Assembly (NCBI GenBank): GCA_964638415.1
Contig: CAZWYP010000004.1
Span: 8,498-72,497 of the forward strand
Length of the DNA stretch: 64,000 nt
Origin: an uncultured Gammaproteobacteria bacterium
GTDB taxonomy: Bacteria; Patescibacteriota; Patescibacteriia; UBA1558; GWA2-36-10
Direction: 5' to 3'
The notes under the pieces are model-generated. The model was not told the origin of the DNA and did not search any database. It saw only the letters and a program-made list of their open reading frames with translations. The translations under genes were made by a program, and so were the position numbers. Shown piece after piece: positions 55,704 to 64,000 of this stretch; the first letter of the stretch is position 1; each line of letters opens with the position of its first letter.

Positions 55704-55736
55704 CCAAGAAAAAAGACGAATGAGCTCATTCGTCTT
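55704..55736 (-). terminator. Intrinsic terminator downstream of the pgsA-like gene
   Basis: Perfect palindrome AAGACGAATGAGCTCATTCGTCTT followed by a T-run on the minus strand. Confidence 0.6.
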
Positions 55737-56348
55737 TTATGTTTCCGGTTGCTCAACAACCCCTACCCTGATATGTAAGCCAATTTTGCCATAGACTCGT
55801 TTGGTCAAGGAGCAAATAGCTAGAACAGCAGCCACTAAAAGTATAATATTGGCAAGCTGGAAGCCAAAGTTCCACTGGCTAAGCTGAGCCAAGAAAAAAA
55901 TACTGGTCGCCACCACTTGAACAAATAGTTTCCATTTGCCAAACCAGTTGGCTCCATGAATTTCTCCAGCCTTAACCCAAGTTTCTCTTTCAATGGTGGA
56001 AACAATATCCAAAATCAGCAAAGACCAGAAAACCCAATGAACCAGCTGAGGCCAGAAAACAAGCAGCGTCAAAAAAATAATCATCTTATCGGCAAAAGGA
56101 TCAAATCTTTTACCGATATTACTGACTGCTAGCGTCAATCTGGCTACTGCACCATCGACGTGATCAAAATACCAAAAGGCTGACCACAAAATCGCAGCTG
56201 ACCACTGACTAAACAAACTGGGACCAAACTGCCAAAGCAGCATGATAGGAATAGTAGCAATTAACCGAAACAAGGTTACTTGATTAGCCGATAAAAACCG
56301 ACTAAACCAAATAATAATGGCTTCGTCGATTTTTTTCCAGACTGTCAT
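55737..56348 (-). CDS. CDP-alcohol phosphatidyltransferase (PgsA-like)
   Basis: DHVDGAVARLTLAVSNIGKRFDPFADK = D-x2-DG-x2-AR...G-x3-D-x3-D signature. Confidence 0.7.
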   Translation of the reverse strand: MTVWKKIDEAIIIWFSRFLSANQVTLFRLIATIPIMLLWQFGPSLFSQWSAAILWSAFWYFDHVDGAVARLTLAVSNIGKRFDPFADKMIIFLTLLVFWPQLVHWVFWSLLILDIVSTIERETWVKAGEIHGANWFGKWKLFVQVVATSIFFLAQLSQWNFGFQLANIILLVAAVLAICSLTKRVYGKIGLHIRVGVVEQPET

Positions 56349-56463
56349 CTTTCACCTCAAAATTAATGTAGAAGAACTTTTTGCCCACTCTTTATAGTAT
56401 AATCAGCAGAAAAAGTCAATCTGTTAAATTACTCGTAATAAAAAATAACCTCCGTTTGTAAGG

Positions 56464-56835
56464 TTACTTTTTATTTTTTAATTTTTTGAGTTCCGCTTTA
56501 ATTTCTTTAATATGCAATAAAATATTTTCACTGGCTTTTACAGAACGCAAATCCGCTTCGTAATCAGCGTCATCGCGAATATCATCTTTGGCGTTCTGCC
56601 TATTCTGTGCCATCAATAATAAGATCATCAACATAATCGCCTCCAAAGAAACAATCATGGTTAATAAATTAATATCTATTCTCCATAATAACCAGGCGCC
56701 AAACCAAAAAATATGAATAACAAAAAAAGTCCAAGACCCCACCCAATTATTCATTGAGTCCAACATGGTAATTAAATAAGACTCTTCTTCTCTAATATCT
56801 TTTATTTTTCTTTTAGTCATGAGCTCATAAACCAT
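56464..56835 (-). CDS. Small two-TM membrane protein (DUF1003-like?)
   Basis: ORF with two hydrophobic helices and a charged C-terminal coiled region. Confidence 0.35.
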   Translation of the reverse strand: MVYELMTKRKIKDIREEESYLITMLDSMNNWVGSWTFFVIHIFWFGAWLLWRIDINLLTMIVSLEAIMLMILLLMAQNRQNAKDDIRDDADYEADLRSVKASENILLHIKEIKAELKKLKNKK

Positions 56836-56910
56836 ATCTTTTATTATAACAAAAAATAGCCGGTAAAAGAAGTTATTTAACTTTTATCGGATTTTGGGTA
56901 AAATAGTAAT

Positions 56911-58377
56911 ATGCTAAAAAACATTTTACATCCCAAACATTATCTGCTGTTAATGATTATTATCAGTTGTTTGCTTTACGCCTGGCAGCTCAACTTACTC
57001 CCTTTAACTGCTTATGACGAAGCGGTTTATGCTCAGGTGGCTAGAGAAACATTAGCTTCTGACAATATCCTGACATTGAAATATTTCGGTCAGTCTTGGT
57101 TTGAAAAACCACCTTTATATTTCTGGCTAACCATGGGTTTAAATAACTGGCTGGGAGAAGCAGAATATATCTATCGCCTACTTTCCGTTTTAGCGGCAAT
57201 TCTTACTATTGCCTTAACTTATTTAATTTCAGAAAAACTAACAAATAATAAAACAATAGCTGCTTTAGCTTCTCTGGTTTTATTATTCATGCCATATTAT
57301 TACCTGACAGCCAGACAAGTGCGTTTGGACTTTCCAGTGCTAGCTGTTATCCTGTTAGGAATACTAATAATCATTACCGGCAAAAACCAATCGAAGAAAC
57401 TGTTTTGGCTTTGGCCTATTATTGCCATCGGCTTTATGTTTAAAAGCGTTATTGCGCTATTAGCCTTCCCGCTACTATTAATTTTCAGTTTCTTCTACCA
57501 GAACTGGTCATGGATAAAAGAAAAATATTTATGGTATGGCTTGCCGCTTAGCTTAATTATTGTCTTACCTTGGCATTGGCAGCAACATTTAACTTGGGGC
57601 AGTGCTTTTTGGTCTTCTTATTTAGGTAACCACGTAATTGGCAGATTTGAAAAAGGCTTTGGTTTACAGCCGATAAACTACCTTGACTATCTGCCTAAGC
57701 TCTGGGAATATGCTCAGCCATGGTGGCAGATATTTTTACTAATGGTACTAATAATGGTTTGGTGGAAGATAAAAAACCATCAGCATAAAATAAATCCTTT
57801 TTTCTTATCTTCTGCTGCTTCTGCTTTTTTCATTATTGTCTTATTCTCTATGGCTAAAACCCATATACCGACTTACCTGCTGCCTGCTTATCCTTTCATG
57901 GCTATGGTTATTGCTTATGGAGGCTGGCAATTATTCAACAACTGGTCAAATAAATTTATAAAAATAATACTAATTATCATTTTACTGGCCAGCTTGCTCT
58001 ATTCTGCTACTTTTATTTTTGGTTTTAATAATAAAATTTTAAATCAGCTCCAATTTCCCTTTGATTATAATTTAAAAACCATGGGACTCTTGGTCAAAGC
58101 TGACAAAGATTACCAAAACCTCTACCAATTTAATTGGCCAACTGGGGAGACCATTAGTTTTTATGCCAACAAAAGAATAATCACTATCCAACAGCCTACT
58201 GAGCATAATATTGAATTAATTGGTCCATTTTATTTAATGACTACCCAAGAAAACCTACCATTCTTTTTCCAGAATAATGGGGAAATTAAGCCGGAATACA
58301 GCAGTTTGCGCATTCGTTATTATGAAAATAATTTCTTCCTATTATATAACGCTGACAATCTAGTCTTGACAAAATAG
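56911..58377 (+). CDS. GT39/GT83-type (ArnT/PMT-like) polyprenyl-phosphate-sugar-dependent glycosyltransferase
   Basis: LPLTAYDEAVYAQVARETLASDNILTLKYFGQSWFEKPPLYFWL is the signature N-terminal loop. At least 10 TM. Confidence 0.7.
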   Translation: MLKNILHPKHYLLLMIIISCLLYAWQLNLLPLTAYDEAVYAQVARETLASDNILTLKYFGQSWFEKPPLYFWLTMGLNNWLGEAEYIYRLLSVLAAILTIALTYLISEKLTNNKTIAALASLVLLFMPYYYLTARQVRLDFPVLAVILLGILIIITGKNQSKKLFWLWPIIAIGFMFKSVIALLAFPLLLIFSFFYQNWSWIKEKYLWYGLPLSLIIVLPWHWQQHLTWGSAFWSSYLGNHVIGRFEKGFGLQPINYLDYLPKLWEYAQPWWQIFLLMVLIMVWWKIKNHQHKINPFFLSSAASAFFIIVLFSMAKTHIPTYLLPAYPFMAMVIAYGGWQLFNNWSNKFIKIILIIILLASLLYSATFIFGFNNKILNQLQFPFDYNLKTMGLLVKADKDYQNLYQFNWPTGETISFYANKRIITIQQPTEHNIELIGPFYLMTTQENLPFFFQNNGEIKPEYSSLRIRYYENNFFLLYNADNLVLTK

Positions 58378-58451
58378 AAATAATATGATACATTCACATA
58401 TTACTTTGTTCCTCCCATAGTTAAACTGCCTTCAGCGAAAGGAAAACTAAC

Positions 58452-58748
58452 ATGTGCACCTTTGATGAAACCATGGAAAACGAAAGGATTTTCCTGACTT
58501 ACAGCTTGGCTATGACCATACTTGGCAAGTCAGCACAAATCCTAGCTGAGCGTGGTGCCGACACTAAAGCCATGAGCTTTGTGACCACCGGCATTGAACT
58601 GCTGGCCAAGCAACTCCGCGATTATGCGGATAAGAAAGACCAGCAGCAAAAGGTTGATGAAGAGCAAGAAAAGCTTCTGGATGAAGCCGATAAAGCTCTT
58701 GATGCCATCGCTAAAATGCTTGACATCGACCGCGCATCGAAATCCTAA
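58452..58748 (+). CDS. Hypothetical small protein (98 aa), somewhat GC-richer
   Basis: ORF followed by a clear terminator. No motif. Confidence 0.4.
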   Translation: MCTFDETMENERIFLTYSLAMTILGKSAQILAERGADTKAMSFVTTGIELLAKQLRDYADKKDQQQKVDEEQEKLLDEADKALDAIAKMLDIDRASKS

Positions 58749-58774
58749 TTCCTACGCCGTTTCTCTCCTTTCAA

Positions 58775-58808
58775 TAAACCATTCGTACCCCCTACGGATG
58801 GTTTTTTC
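58775..58808 (+). terminator. Intrinsic terminator
   Basis: AAACCATTCGTA-CCCCC-TACGGATGGTT followed by TTTTTTC. Confidence 0.5.
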
Positions 58809-58898
58809 TTTAAATTTAATCTTGTTTTTAAAGACGTTTTATATTATAATATACTTAACATTAACCTTAATCCTAATAAATAAAAATTCTAACTGCTC

Positions 58899-61800
58899 AT
58901 GAAAAAAAGTAAAATATTTATACTCTTTTTTTTAGCCCTGCTTTTTACTATTAACTTCAATAATTATCCTGCGGTTGTTGCTGTAGAGATCTTAGTAGAC
59001 AGTGATTTTTCTACAGCGACCGACAGTGCGGATTTGCGCACTAATGGTTCCGGGCAGGATTGGTATGAAAGTCGGGCCGACAGCTCTCCTAATGGACCCA
59101 ATCAATTAACGCTGGATGAAACTGACGTAGCTGGTAATGCTACCAAAAAAGCAAAGTTTACCGGCAGCTCTAGTTATAATACCTATTTATCCCAAGCTTT
59201 TCCGTCTGGCTTAACCAGCGGCACCTTTACTGCCCAATGGGATATTTACGTTGATTCTATTACTGACAGCACTAATGACAACAGTGCTTATATGTTCATC
59301 GGTGATGACTCCGGCGGCACTCAAGGACCGCATTCCACCAATAATGAGCGGTGGATGTACATGGCTTTCCATAAATCCGGAGGCGGCACAACCGGCAATG
59401 TTGATTTGGTTTATCGTACTGCGGCCAATGTTAACCAAGCAGCTCTGGATGTAGCCAGTTCAACCCTGCTTTTTGACCAATGGTACACAATTAAAGTAGT
59501 GGGCAACTTAACCACTGATACTTACGATATCTATGTTGATGACATGCTGCAAGTTTCCGGTGCCACTGCCCGTTATGCCGCAGCTACTCCCTCATATATT
59601 GGCTTTGCCACTTGGAATGATGGTCCAGCTACTTTTTACGTTGATAATGTCACTCTAGATGATGGCACGGGAACAGCTAACTTAACTCAAAATAACTATC
59701 GTTGGTATGCCAATACTGATGATATTACTCCGACTGATCCTTGGCCGGCCGGTGGCACCGACACTGCTGAAAATACCGCTGTGTCTTCTGCTAATGCGCC
59801 AGCTGATGAAGCCGTGCTGCGCCTGAGAATGACTTTACAGGATGCAGATACTCAGCTAAATGCGGGCGCGCAAGACTTTAAACTGCAATATGGCACCGGC
59901 GCAAGCTGCGCTTCGGTGAGTAATTGGGCAGACGTTGGTTCCGCCAGCGCTTCTACTGCTTGGCGCGGCTACCTTAACGGATCGGTAGCTGACGGTGCCA
60001 CTATTAGCTCTTTGGTTTTAACCGGTTCTGATGTTGGTGGATCATATGAAGAAGAAAATAATTCTGTTGCTAATCCTAATGCTGTTGCTGTTGGCCAGGA
60101 TGTAGAATACGACTGGGTCTTACAAGCCCATGATTTGCTTAGCGACGCCAACTACTGCTTCCGCATGGTTAAAGCCGACGGCACCACGCTTAGCGCTTAT
60201 ACCCGTTATCCGACGATCAGCGTGGCCAATACTACTTTTAATGTTTCTTTTGAGGGAGGTAATGGTGAAAATTTTGTCCGCAATGGCGACGCGGTAAGTT
60301 TTGACGGTGAGCTAGATATTGGCACTGGAACTTATCTGCGTACTACTTGGTTTTATTTCTCCATGAATAATGTTAATGGTAAAACTATTGCCTTCACCAT
60401 GAACAATGCCACCGGCGCTAATACCGAAACCAATGTCTGGACTGGTAAACGGCCTTTTTATTCTTATGATCAGGAAAATTGGTATCCGGTCACCAATGAT
60501 GGCACTCACTCTAGCCCCAGTTATACTTGGAATGCTCCGGGAAATGCTGAAACTTTCACCCAGGATACGGTATATATCGCCTACAATCCACCCTATACTT
60601 ATACCGATGCTTTGGATGATATCACCCGCTGGGAAGCTTCTACTTTCGCCTCCTCTACGGAAGTCATTGGCCAGAGCGTGCAAAGCAGAGATATGCATTT
60701 GCTGACTTTTGAAAATGTCACTTCCTCCATTCCCTATGCCAATAAAAAAGTGATGTGGGTGGGCTCTCGACAACACCCGATGGAAGTATGCGGCAGCTGG
60801 TCAGCACAAGGAGTGGTAGATTTTTACATTGACCAGAATGACCCGGAAGCTAAGGTGTTTCAAGACGGCTGGATTTTAAAAATGGTACCGGATGATAACC
60901 CCGACGGCATGTACTTAGGACAAACTCGCAGCAATGCCAATGGCTGGGACTTAAACCGCGAATGGAATAATGGCGCGCCAAATATTGACACTGAAGAAAT
61001 AGAAGTATATAACATCCACAGTGCCATTCATGATTGGGTTACCACCCAAGGCAATAGCATAGATATTTTCCTAGACATGCACTCACAATCTTCCGCTTCT
61101 CCCAGCGCTTTTTATGCCAACACTTCTTTTAGCCATGAAATCATGGAAGACAATTTGGGTTTTTTAGCAAACCAGCCCTTCAATGCTTTCTCCGCCGGCT
61201 CATACGCTATTGATGTTGTGTATGACCAGTACGGCGCACCGGCTTATACCGTAGAAGGACCGGATGTGCGCTGGGATGCCAATAACCACCCCACCGCAGC
61301 CAATTGCCGGGCTTGGGGCCGAGCTTGGGCTAAAGCGGCTATTTCTGAATTTGAAACCAATGCTAAGGTTTTCTCTTTCCATGAAGAGCTAGAGGGTAGC
61401 GGATCTTCCGACAATTTACTAGTTACTGCTCCGGGTAAATTCCGGGCAGTCTTTGACGAAGCTAAGGGTGGTGCTATGACTTACTGGTATGATATTGAAA
61501 ACCAATCGGATCACACGGCGCAATTAGGCGATACCACTAACGGTATCGATCGCCTAGAATGGAATGATGGCACTAACCGCGTCTTGGCTGACTCTACTTC
61601 GGTTGCCACCTCCTCGGTTTATCTAGCTGGACCAGTCATCAGTAAAATTACCTACAGTGGAAATTTTGACGGTCAAGCCAATTATCCCTATACCCTGACT
61701 AAAACTATCTGGGAAGACGGCAGAATCTGGAATACTTTTTCTTTAACCAATAATACCGGCGCTACTGTCGATTGGTCAGACATCAGCCTATACAATTCCT

Positions 61801-64000
61801 TAACCAATACCAACTTTACCCGCGACCGGGATAATGATGATGATACTCCTACTCCCGGTACTGACAATTGGTGGTCGCAAATCGGCAATGGCACCGGTGG
61901 CATTAAAGCAACGCTAACTCAATATTTTGCTGATCAGACTGGCGGCTGGGTTTATGATGCTTACGCTTCGGCCGGTGGACCGCCCGGTACAACTTATTAC
62001 CGCGATAGCGATGGACCAAGCCAGGCTAACGGAGAAACAATTACCATCCATTATGTCACTCAAATTTCTCCAGACAATGACTTAGCGGGCAATGAAGCGC
62101 AGATTGATGTCTGGCGCAACGATATTGCCAATCCGGATGATCCCACTATGACCTTAGGGACCTTTACCGGCTTTGCTACCTCTACTGGCTCCTTAAGCTT
62201 TACTCTGGTTAATAACCAAGTGGCCTTTACCTATACCAATGCCGATACTTACACCAAAAAGAAGCCGACCTTTGTCCTTAACAGCTACACAGCCAACACT
62301 GCGCCGGTCTTAAAAGTAAACGGATCATTTTTAGACAGCGAAAGCGGGGCTGCTCATGCCACTTCTACTCATATTAGTGCCAGCTATACTTCTTTTGTGG
62401 ATACAGATAACGACACCGCTTATGTCCAATACTTAAGCGACATCTCTACTAATGTTCCGCTGCAGCTAGGCGCCAGCCTACCCACTGCGTTACCCGATGA
62501 CGTTACTAATGTGTCTGCTACTTACAATAACGATACGCAAATCACTGTCAGCTGGACAGATAATTCAGATGATGAGAGCGGCTTTAAGATCTACCGGCGG
62601 GACGATACTGGCTCAGGCTGGGGAAGCTATACACAAATTGGCACTGCTGTTGCTAATGCTGTAAGTTTTGTAGATAACTCTACCAACAATGCGGGCAATC
62701 CTCCAGCAGCCAATGAAAAATACCAATACCAAGTCCTGTCTTACAATTTGGTCGGCAATGGCAATGCGGTTACTGACAGCGGAAGCATAATTACTACGCC
62801 GGCGGCTCCGACTATTGACGTGCCGACTGTTAATTCTTCCACTTCCATCACTTGGACTTGGACAGACAATGCCAATTTTGAAGACTCCTACCGAGTAGAC
62901 TATGTTACCGGATCTGCTTCGGCTACTGATGCTGACGGCTTAAGCGCTGATTCAGAGTCATGGACCGATGCTGATCTTACACCTAATACCCAGTACGCCG
63001 TAGAAGTGCATGCTTACCAAACCAATCGGGGCGAAAGCGCTGCTTCAGCCAATTCAACTGCGGTATATACTCTGGCTAATATCCCAACCAGCTTAAGCTT
63101 AACTGCCAACTCCGGCACGCAAATTACCGCCAGTTGGAATGCTAACAGTAATCCGGGAAGTACGGAGTATTACGTGGAAAATGTCACCGCTAGCACTAAC
63201 TCCGGCTGGATTACCTCCACCTCCTGGGCGTCCACCAGTCTTACTTGCAACACCTCTTATTCCTTTAAGGTTAAATCCCGTAATGCTAATAATACCGAGA
63301 CTAGTTACACCGCTGAAGAATCCATAACCACTGCTGCCTGTGGTAATAATAACAATAACAGCAATAACAATAGCGGGGGCAGCTCACAACCCGCAGTGTC
63401 CGAAGGCCAGGGAAATCTTGGTAGTGCCAATGGAAATGTTATCAGCCAGAATATTTCAGAAAATAACGATGCTCAAGCTTATTTCCCAGCTTTAAATACC
63501 GGCGGAGATAGCATCCAAGTTCGTTTATTTGCCCAAGACAGCCTTAACCACCAACTTAGCCCACTGCCGGCCAGCCACGGTTTTAGCGGAGCCGGCTTGG
63601 AAGTAGAGGTATTGCGAAATAATCAGCCAGTAACTTCTTTGGGCGTGCCGGTTACTCTTACCTTTACTTATACCGATGAGCAAATAAATTCATTGAGCTT
63701 AAAAGAAAATACCTTGCGCATTTATCGCTGGGATGAGGATAGTAATGCTTGGGTAATACTGACTAATCATAATATTGACTTGGCTAATAATCGTATCAGC
63801 GGGCAGACCAACCATTTCAGCCTATTTGCCCTCTTAGGACAGCAAGGTCCCGTTATCCCACAGGCAAAGCAGCAATTAATAAAACTGGCTAATGATCCTA
63901 AGGTGTATGTTATTACCGGAAATTACAAACGCCACTTGCCAACTGAAGAAATTTTCTTAAGCTACCGATATAATTGGCAAGATATTGAGACTGTTGCCGC
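58899..64000 (+). CDS. Giant secreted protein (more than 1700 aa, runs off the window end). Signal peptide, ConA/LamG-like lectin domain, M14 zinc-carboxypeptidase-like domain, at least 3 fibronectin-III-like repeats, Asn/Ser-rich linker.
   Basis: Own translation from ATG 58899, open to 64000; checked at 58899-59800, 60780-60840 and 63300-64000. It is absent from the track because it runs off the window end. Signal peptide MKKSKIFILFFLALLFTINF. M14 motifs SRQHPMEVCGS (HxxE), GWDLNREW, FLDMHSQS. Fn3-like SWTDNSDDESGFKIYRR..., TWTWTDNANFEDSYRVDY..., SWNANSNPGSTEYYVENV.... Confidence 0.7.
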   Translation, partial: MKKSKIFILFFLALLFTINFNNYPAVVAVEILVDSDFSTATDSADLRTNGSGQDWYESRADSSPNGPNQLTLDETDVAGNATKKAKFTGSSSYNTYLSQAFPSGLTSGTFTAQWDIYVDSITDSTNDNSAYMFIGDDSGGTQGPHSTNNERWMYMAFHKSGGGTTGNVDLVYRTAANVNQAALDVASSTLLFDQWYTIKVVGNLTTDTYDIYVDDMLQVSGATARYAAATPSYIGFATWNDGPATFYVDNVTLDDGTGTANLTQNNYRWYANTDDITPTDPWPAGGTDTAENTAVSSANAPADEAVLRLRMTLQDADTQLNAGAQDFKLQYGTGASCASVSNWADVGSASASTAWRGYLNGSVADGATISSLVLTGSDVGGSYEEENNSVANPNAVAVGQDVEYDWVLQAHDLLSDANYCFRMVKADGTTLSAYTRYPTISVANTTFNVSFEGGNGENFVRNGDAVSFDGELDIGTGTYLRTTWFYFSMNNVNGKTIAFTMNNATGANTETNVWTGKRPFYSYDQENWYPVTNDGTHSSPSYTWNAPGNAETFTQDTVYIAYNPPYTYTDALDDITRWEASTFASSTEVIGQSVQSRDMHLLTFENVTSSIPYANKKVMWVGSRQHPMEVCGSWSAQGVVDFYIDQNDPEAKVFQDGWILKMVPDDNPDGMYLGQTRSNANGWDLNREWNNGAPNIDTEEIEVYNIHSAIHDWVTTQGNSIDIFLDMHSQSSASPSAFYANTSFSHEIMEDNLGFLANQPFNAFSAGSYAIDVVYDQYGAPAYTVEGPDVRWDANNHPTAANCRAWGRAWAKAAISEFETNAKVFSFHEELEGSGSSDNLLVTAPGKFRAVFDEAKGGAMTYWYDIENQSDHTAQLGDTTNGIDRLEWNDGTNRVLADSTSVATSSVYLAGPVISKITYSGNFDGQANYPYTLTKTIWEDGRIWNTFSLTNNTGATVDWSDISLYNSLTNTNFTRDRDNDDDTPTPGTDNWWSQIGNGTGGIKATLTQYFADQTGGWVYDAYASAGGPPGTTYYRDSDGPSQANGETITIHYVTQISPDNDLAGNEAQIDVWRNDIANPDDPTMTLGTFTGFATSTGSLSFTLVNNQVAFTYTNADTYTKKKPTFVLNSYTANTAPVLKVNGSFLDSESGAAHATSTHISASYTSFVDTDNDTAYVQYLSDISTNVPLQLGASLPTALPDDVTNVSATYNNDTQITVSWTDNSDDESGFKIYRRDDTGSGWGSYTQIGTAVANAVSFVDNSTNNAGNPPAANEKYQYQVLSYNLVGNGNAVTDSGSIITTPAAPTIDVPTVNSSTSITWTWTDNANFEDSYRVDYVTGSASATDADGLSADSESWTDADLTPNTQYAVEVHAYQTNRGESAASANSTAVYTLANIPTSLSLTANSGTQITASWNANSNPGSTEYYVENVTASTNSGWITSTSWASTSLTCNTSYSFKVKSRNANNTETSYTAEESITTAACGNNNNNSNNNSGGSSQPAVSEGQGNLGSANGNVISQNISENNDAQAYFPALNTGGDSIQVRLFAQDSLNHQLSPLPASHGFSGAGLEVEVLRNNQPVTSLGVPVTLTFTYTDEQINSLSLKENTLRIYRWDEDSNAWVILTNHNIDLANNRISGQTNHFSLFALLGQQGPVIPQAKQQLIKLANDPKVYVITGNYKRHLPTEEIFLSYRYNWQDIETVA

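Noticed and set aside
59211-63327. Eight short ORFs (60-154 aa) on both strands listed by the track inside 58899..64000
   Set aside because: All lie in other frames or antisense to one long, domain-rich ORF that stays open from 58899 to the window end. They are shadow ORFs.

Overview
This is a low-GC (about 38-40% by eye), gene-dense bacterial window read with the standard genetic code: ORFs of 2667 and more than 1700 codons are closed by ordinary stops. The gene content points to a small-genome Patescibacteria/CPR-like or other low-GC organism (inference). That content includes type IV pilin-LamG fusions, giant Cys-rich secreted proteins, an rny-ymdB pair, a clpP gene and a minimal set of lipid genes.

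Housekeeping genes make up most of the window:
- Translation and ribosome: rpsF-ssb-rpsR, efp, rsmA, tsaC, leuS, acpP, infB-rbfA, rpsO-pnp, and two tRNAs, Val-CAC and an unusual Ile-UAU.
- RNA turnover and proteolysis: nrnA, clpP and rny-ymdB.
- DNA-associated, lipid and envelope functions: hup, gpsA, lspA, plsC, a CDP-alcohol phosphatidyltransferase (pgsA-like) and a GT39/ArnT-like glycosyltransferase.

Three accessory modules sit between these genes:
1. A type IV secretion-like set on the minus strand. It comprises a VirB4-family ATPase running off the window start, a PrgI/VirB3-like membrane protein, and a VirB6/TrbL-like polytopic protein. The VirB6-like gene sits 4 bp downstream of a 2667-aa signal-peptide-bearing, cysteine-rich giant protein with a CBM4/9-like module. 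A single-pass membrane protein with thrombospondin-type-3/dockerin-like calcium-binding repeats lies just upstream. The rpsF-ssb-rpsR-efp block splits the set in two.
2. An array of diverged roughly 300-bp tandem repeats at 33806-36440, each with conserved purine-rich/pyrimidine-rich complementary segments. A type IV pilin gene lies directly upstream. The array is interrupted by a GC-richer IS110-family (DEDD) transposase-like gene.
3. A surface-protein module. It comprises three tandem, translationally coupled prepilin-LamG fusion genes and a more than 1700-aa secreted protein that runs off the window end.

The track does not list the two genes that run off the window edges.
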